Origin: an uncultured Verrucomicrobiae bacterium
Lineage (GTDB): Bacteria; Verrucomicrobiota; Verrucomicrobiia; Limisphaerales; SIBH01
Direction of reading: 5' to 3'
Assembly (NCBI GenBank): GCA_963760275.1
Contig: CAVXCM010000013.1
Location: forward strand, 459,889-523,888
Length of the DNA: 64,000 nucleotides
Shown: positions 50,206-59,278 of the stretch, one piece after another
Layout: each line of letters opens with the position of its first letter
How positions within the stretch are numbered: position 1 is the stretch's first letter
Translations under genes and position numbers: made by a program
Notes under the pieces: generated by a model
The model's input: the letters and a program-made list of their open reading frames with translations, nothing else
Database searches by the model: none
What the model was told of the DNA's origin: nothing

Positions 50206-52308
50206 ATGGGAACGAACAAAGGTTTTGCGTTTGGCCTGGCAGCAGGATTCCGGAGGCTCCTGACAGTGTTTGTGATGAGTGCCGCGCTGACTCACGCCTT
50301 CGCGGCTGCCAACACCAATGGCTTCGCCGTGAGGTTCACTTCGGCTGACAACAAGGTGTCGGACATCATGGTCATGCCGAACCTCTGGCTATACGTCGAA
50401 GAGGGAAAATCTGCGACGCCGTTCCTGCCGCCGGGAAAATTCACAGCCGTTTTCGAGGGGACCATCAGCGGTGATCTGCGCGCGAATTACTTTTTCAAAA
50501 CCGAGGAACTGGGCGGTTCGTTCAAACTGGAAATCAATAATGCGGTCGTGCTGGACACCACGACACCCGGAACGTTGAGCAAGTCGGTGCAGATCAACAA
50601 GGGAGCGAATCCCGTGCGCGCCACCTTCACCAGCGCGGGCAAAGGCGATTCGTTTGTACGCATCGGCTGGACGGAAAAGGGCACGAACGCCAATCCGATT
50701 CCGGATGCCTGGATTCATCACAGCCGCACTCGCGAAGCAGACATGGCCCATGCGGTTTACCATGGGCGCGAATTGTTTTTGGAAAATCGTTGTGCCCGCT
50801 GTCACACCGAGCCATTCGCCACGCCGATCCCGGAGTTGAAAATGGATGCGCCGATGTTGGAAGGAATCGGGGCGCGAAGGAATTACGAGTGGTTGGCCAA
50901 TTGGATTCTGGACCCGAAAGCCACGCGCGCTTCCGTTCACATGCCGAAGCTCTTGCATGGCGCGGGCGCGAAGGCAGACGCCGAGGCCATCGCAGCCTAT
51001 CTTGCGACCTTGAAAGAGGAACCGCCCATCGTCGCGCGGGCCGATGCGGTGTCGCTCGGCTCAAATCCCAAGGCCATCGAGGAGGTCACGAAACGATCCG
51101 GTTTCGGGGCGAAGGCGGTAACGAGCGACGAAACTGAAACGCCGGCTGAGTCCGCGCACGAGCGGCCGCCCATCTTTGAGCGTTTGCACTGCACGGGATG
51201 CCATAACACCCCGGGTGATAAAACGATCGACCTTGGGAAGATTTCGCTGAAACACGTGGCGCAAAAATTCAGCCAAGGAAAGCTTGTCGAATTTCTCAAA
51301 GAGCCTGAACGACACTTCACGTGGATTCGGATGCCGAATTTCAAGCTGGCTGATGCGGAAGCGAGGGAGCTGGCGGAGCTGTTGTTGAAAGAGGCGGACA
51401 AGCTAGAGGCGAAGCCGGCATCGGCCGCTCCGGCGACAATCGAACGTGGCAGGAAATTGGTTCAGAGCGTGGGATGCCTGAACTGTCACAGCGCGCCCCA
51501 GTTGCAAAACCAGTTCAATCCTCCGTTGCTTTCGAAACTCATCGCTGAGCCCAAAGGCTGCCTCGCGGAAAAGCGGGATGAAAAATCCAAGGCTCCGGAT
51601 TTTGGCTTCACCGCAGGCGAGCGCACGGCGTTAATGGCCTTTCTTAAGACCGACCGAACATCCCTCTCGCGCCATAGTCCCATTGAATTCGCGGCAAGGG
51701 AGACTCGGCTGCTGAACTGCACGGCTTGTCACGGCCAGATTGAACTCATGCCGCCATTGGAGATTCTCGGCGGAAAGTTGAAGCCGGAATGGGCGGCTGC
51801 CTTCATCGGCGGGACGCCGTTCAAGGTGCGGGCCGATGTGCATCCCAAAGGCGAGCCCTGGCTTGAGGCGCGCATGCCTGCCTTCGGAGTGCGCTCCAAA
51901 CGTCTGGCTGAAGGCATGGCCATGCAGCAGGGTTATCCGCCTCGGACCCCGTCGGAAGGGGCCATCGACGAAGAGGCGGCCAAGGTCGGCCATAAGATGA
52001 TTGGCAAGGACAACGGCCTCTCGTGCATCTCCTGTCACGCGGTCAACGACTTGCCGGCGCTGGAAGTGTTCGAGAGCGAAGGAGTGAATCTGGGATTGAC
52101 CAGCGCGCGGTTGCTCAAGGCGTACTTCTTTCGCTGGATGCGCAGTCCGCTTGCCATCGATCCGCAGACGAAGATGCCGGCCTATTTCGAAGACGGAAAA
52201 AGCGCCCTGACCGACTATTACGAAGGCGACGCCGAAAAGCAGATCAACGCGCTTTACGAATACATCCGGCAAGGGGAGAAGATGGCCGTTCCGGCGACGG
52301 GGCAATAG
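50206..52308 (+). CDS. secreted multi-heme c-type cytochrome (five CxxCH motifs), Pirellula/Verrucomicrobium-type heme-binding protein
   Basis: Signal peptide present. Heme motifs CARCH, CTGCH, CLNCH, CTACH and CISCH. 700 aa. Confidence 0.85.
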   Translation: MGTNKGFAFGLAAGFRRLLTVFVMSAALTHAFAAANTNGFAVRFTSADNKVSDIMVMPNLWLYVEEGKSATPFLPPGKFTAVFEGTISGDLRANYFFKTEELGGSFKLEINNAVVLDTTTPGTLSKSVQINKGANPVRATFTSAGKGDSFVRIGWTEKGTNANPIPDAWIHHSRTREADMAHAVYHGRELFLENRCARCHTEPFATPIPELKMDAPMLEGIGARRNYEWLANWILDPKATRASVHMPKLLHGAGAKADAEAIAAYLATLKEEPPIVARADAVSLGSNPKAIEEVTKRSGFGAKAVTSDETETPAESAHERPPIFERLHCTGCHNTPGDKTIDLGKISLKHVAQKFSQGKLVEFLKEPERHFTWIRMPNFKLADAEARELAELLLKEADKLEAKPASAAPATIERGRKLVQSVGCLNCHSAPQLQNQFNPPLLSKLIAEPKGCLAEKRDEKSKAPDFGFTAGERTALMAFLKTDRTSLSRHSPIEFAARETRLLNCTACHGQIELMPPLEILGGKLKPEWAAAFIGGTPFKVRADVHPKGEPWLEARMPAFGVRSKRLAEGMAMQQGYPPRTPSEGAIDEEAAKVGHKMIGKDNGLSCISCHAVNDLPALEVFESEGVNLGLTSARLLKAYFFRWMRSPLAIDPQTKMPAYFEDGKSALTDYYEGDAEKQINALYEYIRQGEKMAVPATGQ

Positions 52309-52566
52309 CAACGGCGCTCCAAGACTGGGTCTTTGGGAGTGACAGCCGAATCGGGGTATTAAGAAGGCATCGGGCTCCTTGATTCACTGCCGCGTCCTGT
52401 TTTGGCGGATTTACTTTCCTGCGTTAAGAGGTTGTGTTCTTAAGGAATTTTTTGAAGACGCGGCCACGAGGCAGGAGACGGGTTCTTCTCTGGAAAAATC
52501 TTTTCGTGGTGTTACGGTCTCGCGTTCGCAGACCCACCATTTGAGGCGCCTGCGTACACGATTACT

Positions 52567-55023
52567 ATGCGACGACACTCTGTATATTTGCTGGCCGCTT
52601 TGGCGGTTCTTGGTTTTTCCCTCACCATGCTCCGGGCGGATGTGGGCCAAGTGAAGCTGAATGAAATTCTGGCTAGTAACAGCCGAATCCCAAATGTCAA
52701 CGGCACCTTCAGCGACCTGGTCGAACTCTACAATTCCGGTAGCACGCCGGTTGACCTGACAGGCTGTAGCTTGAGCGATTCGAACACGTCGCCCCGGCGT
52801 TACACATTCCCTGCCGGCACTTCCATTGCGGCGAACGGGTATCTGGTGCTCACGTTCGATTCAGGGCGCACGAATTTCGCGGGCAACGTGCCTTTTGGGA
52901 TCAAGGCGACGGGCGGCTATCTCTATTTTTACAGTGCGGCGGATCCTTTTACGCCGGTTTCCCAAATTGAGTATGGCTTGCAGGTGCTGGATTTTTCCAT
53001 TGGATGCGTTCCGGACAACTCAACGAATTGGGTTCTGACCACGCCTACGTTCGGGGGTGCAAACGTTGCGGCGGAACTGGGTTCCCGCTCGGTGATTAAG
53101 GTGAACGAATGGTTGGTCAGCGGGGGCAATGACTATTTGGAACTCTACAATCCCACCAATAAACCAATTGCCATCGGCGGCGCCTTCCTTTCAGACACGC
53201 TTTTGAATCTTACTCAATTCCGAATTGCCAACCTGTCCTTCATTGGAACCGGAGCCTTGAGCGGGTATCTCCGTTTCGAGTGTGATAATGCCAGCGAGAA
53301 GTATCCGGCGGACCATACCAACTTCAGGTTGGGAAACAGCGAAACGGCCGCATTCTCTGATGTGAACGGGCAGAGCATTGATTTCGCGCCGAATTGGGGC
53401 ACCACCCAGAGAGATAACATTTCGCAGGGCCGGTTGCCGGACGGTTCAACGAACATTGTGCTCTTCCCGAAAATCAACGACTACAGCACCATTTCTCCCG
53501 GGGCACCGAATTTCCTCATCCTGACGAATCTTTATGTGAACGAGATTCTGACCCACACTGATCCGCCGCTCGAAGACGCAGTCGAAATCATCAACGTAGC
53601 CACGACCAACGTGAACATAAGCGGCTGGTGGCTCAGCAACTCACGCCTGAATCCCAAGAAGTACCTGATTCCATCCGGACCAGTACTGACCCCCGGGGGA
53701 TTCCGCGTGATTTACGAGGGCTTCGGCGCCGGCACCGGCTTCAACAGCCCCAGTGCTGCCGAACCATTTACTTTCAATTCCGCCCATGGGGATCAGGTCG
53801 TGCTCTCGCAAACCGATGCGAACGGCAACCTGACGGGTTACATCCTGTTCGAAGAGTTCGAGGCTGCCGCCAACGGCGTGTCCTTCGGCCATTATCGCAC
53901 GAGCATTCCCGGCGATTACAAATTCGTCGCGCTGCGCGGAACGACGTTCGGCCGCGCCGATGGTTCTGTGACCAATGTGGCGGAGTTTCGTCAGGGCCTC
54001 GGTGCGACCAATGCTTCTCCCAAAGTCGGCCCGCTCGTCATCAACGAGATTATGTTCGCTCCAGCGAGAACGGTTTATTTCGTCAATGGCTCTCCTACGA
54101 ACGCCCAAAATCCCGCTGAGGAATTCATCGAGCTTCGCAACATTTCCACGACAGAAACGGTGCCGCTGTACGATCCCGTCTATCCGACGAACCATTGGCG
54201 GCTACAGAAGGCCGTGGACTTTACCTTCCCCCTGGCAAATCTGGGACCGAACCAGTTTTGTCTGGTAGTCGGTTTCGACCCGCAGACCAACGCCGCCGCC
54301 TTGGCGAATTTCCGCAGTCGCTTTGGTGTCTCGAACGACGTGCCGATCTTCGGTCCATGGACTGGCCGCCTGTCGGATGGCGGGGATTCCGTGGAACTTT
54401 ACCGGCCCGATCCAGTGCAGTTGGCGCCGCGGCCGGATGCGGGATTCGTTCCGATGATTCGCGTGGACAAGGTGAATTATAACCCGGGAGCTCCCTGGCC
54501 TGGGAACGCGACGGAGACGGGTAATTCCTACCAACGGAAAAACTCTCTCCTGTTCGGCAACGATCCCATCAATTGGGCGGTCGCGCCGTCGACCGCAGGT
54601 CGTGCCACTTCCAGTGCGCTACAAGACGCAGACGGCGACGGCATGCCTGATTCCTGGGAAACGACCCATCTGCTGAATCCCAACAACGCGACGGACGCCA
54701 ACCTGGATGCAGACGCAGACGGGGTGACCAATCTCGCCGAGTTTGTCGGTGGAACAGATCCGAGGAATGCCGCCAGCAAACTACAGGTGTTGACGGTGAT
54801 ACCGTCCACCGGCACGAACGTTCCTGCCGTCATTCGTTTCGTCGCCTATTCGAATGCCACCTACACCGTCGAGTACCGAAACAGCCTTCTCGGTTCGTCG
54901 AGTTGGCAACGGCTTGAGGATGTGCCAGCGGCGCCCACGACGCGAGTGGTGGAAGTGAGCGATCCCACTGCTTTCCGTAAGTCGGACCGCTATTATCGGG
55001 TTGTCGCCCCTGCAAATAACTAG
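52567..55023 (+). CDS. secreted protein with four lamin-tail domains (LTD) and a C-terminal acidic repeat plus beta-sandwich tail
   Basis: Signal peptide present. LTD starts: VKLNEILASN, IKVNEWLVSG, LYVNEILTHTD and LVINEIMFAP, each followed by (V/L)ELYN-type strands. The tail begins DADGDGMPDSWE...DADADGVTNLAEF and ends ...RYYRVVAP. Confidence 0.85.
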   Translation: MRRHSVYLLAALAVLGFSLTMLRADVGQVKLNEILASNSRIPNVNGTFSDLVELYNSGSTPVDLTGCSLSDSNTSPRRYTFPAGTSIAANGYLVLTFDSGRTNFAGNVPFGIKATGGYLYFYSAADPFTPVSQIEYGLQVLDFSIGCVPDNSTNWVLTTPTFGGANVAAELGSRSVIKVNEWLVSGGNDYLELYNPTNKPIAIGGAFLSDTLLNLTQFRIANLSFIGTGALSGYLRFECDNASEKYPADHTNFRLGNSETAAFSDVNGQSIDFAPNWGTTQRDNISQGRLPDGSTNIVLFPKINDYSTISPGAPNFLILTNLYVNEILTHTDPPLEDAVEIINVATTNVNISGWWLSNSRLNPKKYLIPSGPVLTPGGFRVIYEGFGAGTGFNSPSAAEPFTFNSAHGDQVVLSQTDANGNLTGYILFEEFEAAANGVSFGHYRTSIPGDYKFVALRGTTFGRADGSVTNVAEFRQGLGATNASPKVGPLVINEIMFAPARTVYFVNGSPTNAQNPAEEFIELRNISTTETVPLYDPVYPTNHWRLQKAVDFTFPLANLGPNQFCLVVGFDPQTNAAALANFRSRFGVSNDVPIFGPWTGRLSDGGDSVELYRPDPVQLAPRPDAGFVPMIRVDKVNYNPGAPWPGNATETGNSYQRKNSLLFGNDPINWAVAPSTAGRATSSALQDADGDGMPDSWETTHLLNPNNATDANLDADADGVTNLAEFVGGTDPRNAASKLQVLTVIPSTGTNVPAVIRFVAYSNATYTVEYRNSLLGSSSWQRLEDVPAAPTTRVVEVSDPTAFRKSDRYYRVVAPANN

Positions 55024-55066
55024 CGTCGAGCAACGACGATTGATGGCGATGCCTCTTTCGATGAGG

Positions 55067-55098
55067 AACGGCGGACTTGACGGTCCGCCGTTTTCTTT
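55067..55098 (+). terminator. intrinsic terminator after the LTD protein gene
   Basis: Perfect 10-bp stem aacggcggac/gtccgccgtt with a 6-nt loop, followed by ttttctttgg. Confidence 0.75.
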
Positions 55099-55117
55099 GG
55101 GCTTCGGCAGGCGGTGA

Positions 55118-55537
55118 TTGCCTGGGGCCAATCCTTCAGGCCAACTTTGGACAGTGAACTTGCGGCGCTACTTTTCCAGCCTGTCCACCGGCCGTCTCAT
55201 CCTGTGGTGCTACCTCATCTGGTATGGGGTTGTGCTGGTGCGTTACTTTGATCCGACGCCACGGCTCTGGCTCACTTCCATTGGGTTGAGCGTTATTATC
55301 GGGGTGGCCCTGTATCTCAGCACAGCCGGATCCGGCACGACCAAGGTGAGCTTCGATCGCTGGCAAATCTTCCGGCTGTTCCTGATGCCGTTTTGCGTTT
55401 CGAGTTTTGCCGCGCTGGTGAAGGACCGAGGGTTCATCCTCGTCTTCTCGCCGAAGCCCCAGGAAAACCTGCTCGCCGCTGGGCTTTGTGCCGCGCTGTG
55501 CCTGGTGGTGTTCGGTTTGAAAAAAGCGCGACGCTAA
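55118..55537 (+). CDS. hypothetical small membrane protein (four TM segments)
   Basis: Hydrophobic 139-aa ORF. There is no in-frame ATG near the 5' end, so the start is TTG at 55118 or GTG at 55151. Confidence 0.5.
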   Translation: MPGANPSGQLWTVNLRRYFSSLSTGRLILWCYLIWYGVVLVRYFDPTPRLWLTSIGLSVIIGVALYLSTAGSGTTKVSFDRWQIFRLFLMPFCVSSFAALVKDRGFILVFSPKPQENLLAAGLCAALCLVVFGLKKARR

Positions 55538-56337
55538 TCAGCCGCACTGGCGCCGCCTCCGTGAGCGTCCATGCCCATGATGGCAAAGATCCGGTCGCGC
55601 GCCTGCAAGTAGCCCGGTGCGTCCAAATCGCGAGGGCGGGGTAGGTCGATGACGACCTCTTCTTGAATCGTGGCGGGCCGCCGGCTCATCACCAATACAC
55701 GATCAGCGAGTTGGACAGCTTCCTCGATGTCGTGTGTCACAAACAGAATCGTTTTGTGCTCGGCCTGCCAGATGCGGACGAGGTCCTGGCGCATCTTTAA
55801 TCGCGTGAGGAAATCCAGCGCGCCGAACGGTTCGTCCATGTAGAGCACACGCGCCTCCGCAGCGAGCGCCCGCGCAATCTCGACCCGCTGGCGCATGCCG
55901 CCTGACAGTTCGCGAGGATAGGATTTTTCGAAGCCGGTCAAACCGACCATGTGAATGTAATGGGCGACGCGTTCATCGCGTTCGGCGGCCGGCCGTTGCA
56001 GCAGGCCGAAGCCGATGTTCTGTTCGACGGTGAGCCACGGAAAAACTCCGTTCTCTTGAAACACAAAAATCCGCCTGGGATCGGGGCCGTTGACGAAGTC
56101 TCCTTCAACGCGGACCTCGCCTCGTGTCTCTTTGAGGAATCCACCCACGATGTTGAGCATTGTCGATTTGCCGCAACCCGAGGGGCCGACCAGGCAGACG
56201 AACTCGCCCGGCCGCACATCGAATTGCACGTGTTCCAAGACATGGATCGGCTGGCCGTCCTTGCCAGGGAATGACATCCACAGGTCGCGGACCCTGATGA
56301 GCGAATTAGCGTTGTCCATAACCCCAGCGCACTTCAT
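55534..56337 (-). CDS. NitT/TauT-family (nitrate/sulfonate/bicarbonate) ABC transporter ATP-binding protein
   Basis: Walker A GPSGCGKST, signature LSGGMRQRV, Walker B LYMDEPFGALD. Start at ATG 56337 or 56319. Confidence 0.92.
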   Translation of the reverse strand: MKCAGVMDNANSLIRVRDLWMSFPGKDGQPIHVLEHVQFDVRPGEFVCLVGPSGCGKSTMLNIVGGFLKETRGEVRVEGDFVNGPDPRRIFVFQENGVFPWLTVEQNIGFGLLQRPAAERDERVAHYIHMVGLTGFEKSYPRELSGGMRQRVEIARALAAEARVLYMDEPFGALDFLTRLKMRQDLVRIWQAEHKTILFVTHDIEEAVQLADRVLVMSRRPATIQEEVVIDLPRPRDLDAPGYLQARDRIFAIMGMDAHGGGASAAD

Positions 56338-57106
56338 CGAATTTTTCCAGTTGCCTCACCAGGACATCCAGCACCAGTCCGATCAGGCCGATCAGGACCA
56401 TGCCCGCCACCACGAGATCATAACGTTTGCCGGCATTGCGCGCGTCGATGATGAGGTAGCCCAGGCCGGAATTAACGGCGATCATCTCGGCGGCCACCAC
56501 CACCAGCCACGCCACGCCCAATGCAATGCGGATGCCTGTGATGATTTGCGGCAGGGCCGCAGGAAGAATCACCCGCCGGAAGAGGGTCAAGCCCCGCAGG
56601 CCGAAGTTCTGTGCGGCGCGCAAATAAACCTGCTGCATGTTCATTACGGCGGCCATGGCGGACACAGTGATTGGGAAAACGCTCGCGAGAAAAATCAGAA
56701 AGATGGGTGCGGAGTCCTTGACGCCGAACCAAAGGATGGCCACCGGAATCCACGCGATAGGGGAGATGGGCCGGAAGATTTGGATCATTGGATTGAAAGC
56801 CTGGAAAGCGGGGCGAAACCAACCCAGTGCCAATCCCAGCGGAACCCCGACCAGCACGGCGAGGCCGAAACCCCAGGTGACACGGAATAGCGAGGCCACA
56901 ATGTACTTAACCAACAGCCCCTGTTTCGCGAGTTCGATCAAGCCAAGGAGCACCTGGTGTGGTGTGGGGAAAATATCGCTGCCCGAAGCCTTCACCGCGA
57001 AATGCCACGCCACCAAAAAGACAATCGCAACCGCCAGCGGCAACAGCACTCCGGTCATACGACGTGTTCCCGGGCCATTGACGGTATTCGGTCTCGCGTC
57101 ACTCAT
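56306..57106 (-). CDS. NitT/TauT-family ABC transporter permease
   Basis: Six TM segments and an EAA-like loop (AAQNFGLRGLTLFRRVILPAALP). ATGA overlap with the upstream gene. Confidence 0.9.
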   Translation of the reverse strand: MSDARPNTVNGPGTRRMTGVLLPLAVAIVFLVAWHFAVKASGSDIFPTPHQVLLGLIELAKQGLLVKYIVASLFRVTWGFGLAVLVGVPLGLALGWFRPAFQAFNPMIQIFRPISPIAWIPVAILWFGVKDSAPIFLIFLASVFPITVSAMAAVMNMQQVYLRAAQNFGLRGLTLFRRVILPAALPQIITGIRIALGVAWLVVVAAEMIAVNSGLGYLIIDARNAGKRYDLVVAGMVLIGLIGLVLDVLVRQLEKFDEVRWGYGQR

Positions 57107-58146
57107 GGTACTTCGAAGGCCGGTGCGGGGGTCGCGCTCGCTTCGGGCACGAATGAATCGTCCACGTAATCTTCAAAGTGGGCCGTGCCCTCCAGTATGC
57201 CGGCCTCCCTGGCGAGCTGTTCAATCTCCTCAAAGTCCGGACGCAACGGTTTGAGGCGGCTGTAGGTGACGCGATCCGGCGGTTTGCTAAGGACGTAGCT
57301 AAGCAAACGCGGGTTCTGGTTGTAGTAGTTCTTCGACACGAATTTCGCCGCGTCCATCCGATGCTCCATGCTTTGATCGATCCATTTGCCGCTGGCAGCA
57401 ATGCCGCTGACCAGACGCTGAATTTCGGCGCGGTTCTTCCGGATGGCATCCTCGTGGACCACGAGCACGCACGAGATGAAGCCGGGCCAAACATCCTTCG
57501 CCTGCCATAAGGTGCGCCCGTAGCCATCCAACTCAGTTTGCCCCATGAACGGTTCACCCGAAGTGATGGCATCGACAGACTTTGAGAGGAGCGCGGCAGG
57601 CATGTCGGGCGGAGGCATTTCGATCACGTTAATATCGTCAAAGCTCATCCCTACCTTTTTCAATTCCCGGTAGAGGATGAGGCGCTGGTTCGCGTAGCGC
57701 GCTGGCACCGCCACGGTTTTGCCCCGCAGATCCTGAGTTTGGAAGATTCTGGAATCCTTGTGCACCATGACAGCCGAACCGTCTCGATGACCGAGGTAAA
57801 CGATTTTTATTTTTACCCCCTGCTCGCGCAACGCCATCGCCATCGGAGCCAGAATAAACGTCGCGGGCATCTCTTCGGGCCGGCCCAGGAACATCTCCTT
57901 CAGTTCGGGGAAACCATTAAAGCGCATCGGCTGGAAAAAACTTTCACCTTCGATGTTCTTGTTAATGAAATCCGTGACAGGACATGTCAGGTGACACGTT
58001 ACCGGGAGAAAGCCGACGCCGAACCGTTGCTCCCCCGAGCCGGCCGGCTTTTTCTCCAGCCACTTCAGGTTCAACACGCCGTGCGCAGCAGTGATGACCA
58101 CCAGCCACAGCACCGAGAACACGAATATCGTCTTACCGAGTTTCAA
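57103..58146 (-). CDS. NitT/TauT-family ABC transporter substrate-binding protein (NMT1/NrtA-like), membrane-anchored
   Basis: NrtA/SsuA-like body (VGFLPVTCHL..., ISCVLVVHEDAIRKN). The preferred start is TTG at 58146, giving MKLGKTIFVFSVLWLVVITAAHG. Alternatives are ATG at 58221 or 58227 and TTG at 58263, all of which crowd or overlap the divergent LysR start. Confidence 0.75.
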   Translation of the reverse strand: MKLGKTIFVFSVLWLVVITAAHGVLNLKWLEKKPAGSGEQRFGVGFLPVTCHLTCPVTDFINKNIEGESFFQPMRFNGFPELKEMFLGRPEEMPATFILAPMAMALREQGVKIKIVYLGHRDGSAVMVHKDSRIFQTQDLRGKTVAVPARYANQRLILYRELKKVGMSFDDINVIEMPPPDMPAALLSKSVDAITSGEPFMGQTELDGYGRTLWQAKDVWPGFISCVLVVHEDAIRKNRAEIQRLVSGIAASGKWIDQSMEHRMDAAKFVSKNYYNQNPRLLSYVLSKPPDRVTYSRLKPLRPDFEEIEQLAREAGILEGTAHFEDYVDDSFVPEASATPAPAFEVP

Positions 58147-58167
58147 AACTTCCCCACTCTCGGGAAA

Positions 58168-58184
58168 TTCCAGTCGTAACGGAA
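58168..58184. promoter_or_regulatory. inverted repeat TTCC-N9-GGAA in the LysR/ABC divergent region (candidate LysR-type operator)
   Basis: The dyad ttcc agtcgtaac ggaa is flanked by A/T. It lies 50 nt upstream of the LysR ATG (58234) and 22 nt upstream of the preferred SBP start. Confidence 0.25.
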
Positions 58185-58233
58185 ATCCTATTTCGCTATC
58201 GGAGTTATGCGCGCACGGCATTACCATCGGCAG

Positions 58234-59139
58234 ATGGAATTGCGTCACCTCCGTTACTTTCAAGCTGTGGCTGAAGAGCTGAGTTATTCGCGAGCGGCTC
58301 AGCGGCTCCGCATTGCCCAGCCTGCATTGAGTCGCGCCGTGCAGGAAATCGAGCGTGAGCTCGGCGTGAACCTCATCGATCGAAATCGCCGCTCAGCCCG
58401 ACTCACCCCAGCCGGCCGGGTTTTTCTCCAGGAAATCGGTCTCCTTCTGGAACGGCTCGAAGAATCCGTTCGGCGGGTTAAGCGGACAGCGGCGGGCGAA
58501 GAGGGTGAGTTGCGGCTCGGTTATATTGGGCCCCCGACTCAACCGTTTCTGGGTCGCTTGTTGCGTGAGTACCGGAAACGTTTTCCCCTCGTGGCCATTC
58601 ATTTGGAAGAACGGACGCCCGAACGTATTTGGGAAATGGTGGCGAAAGGCCGCTTATCGGCCGCCATCACCCGTCCCGTCGTGGCACACGAGGCCCTCGG
58701 CTTGCGCACCCGTGTTTTGCGTGAGGAAAGGCTGGGCATGGTGGTGCCGGCTTCTCACTCCTGGGCGTCGAGGCGTTCTGTCGCGTGGGCCACGCTCGCG
58801 CGTGAACCGTTGATCGTACTCGCTCGGCGCGAAGGAATGGGTTTGCACGACGCCGTCATTGCCGGATGCCGGCGCGCTGGCATTACGCCGCGGCTCGCCC
58901 ACACACCCAGCTTGATCGGCACTGTTCTCAGCTATGTGGAAGCCGGTGCCGGCGTGGGCGTCGTAACGGAATCGGTCGTGGCTCCCGATTCGTCTCTGCG
59001 CTTTGTGCTGCTCAAGCCCGTCCAACGCGTGCCGTTGGTTTTGGTCTGGCAGGAAGATGAAGACCCGCCAGCCGTGCAACGTTTTCGTGAGCTGCTCCTT
59101 GAGTGGAAGGATGCCGGCTACTTGTGGAAACAATCCTGA
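58234..59139 (+). CDS. LysR-family transcriptional regulator
   Basis: ATG at 58234 gives [40 protein letters not shown], a canonical LysR HTH. Divergent from the ABC operon. Confidence 0.9.
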   Translation: [301 protein letters not shown]

Positions 59140-59278
59140 GCACCCGGCGGTCAATTGAAGCCTGGCGCGGTGAAACGGTTTGCACCGTAAATCCTCATTT
59201 GGTTTAGTATCGTCACTTCCGTGAGACCTGCGTGCCGTGGTGCTTTGTGTTCGGGCCGTTCCGTCTGCGGCACATCAC

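Noticed and set aside
59160-59278. Sigma-54-like TGGCGC...TTGCA upstream of the CotH gene
   Set aside because: The GG-to-GC spacing is 18 nt instead of 12, which is incompatible with a -24/-12 promoter.
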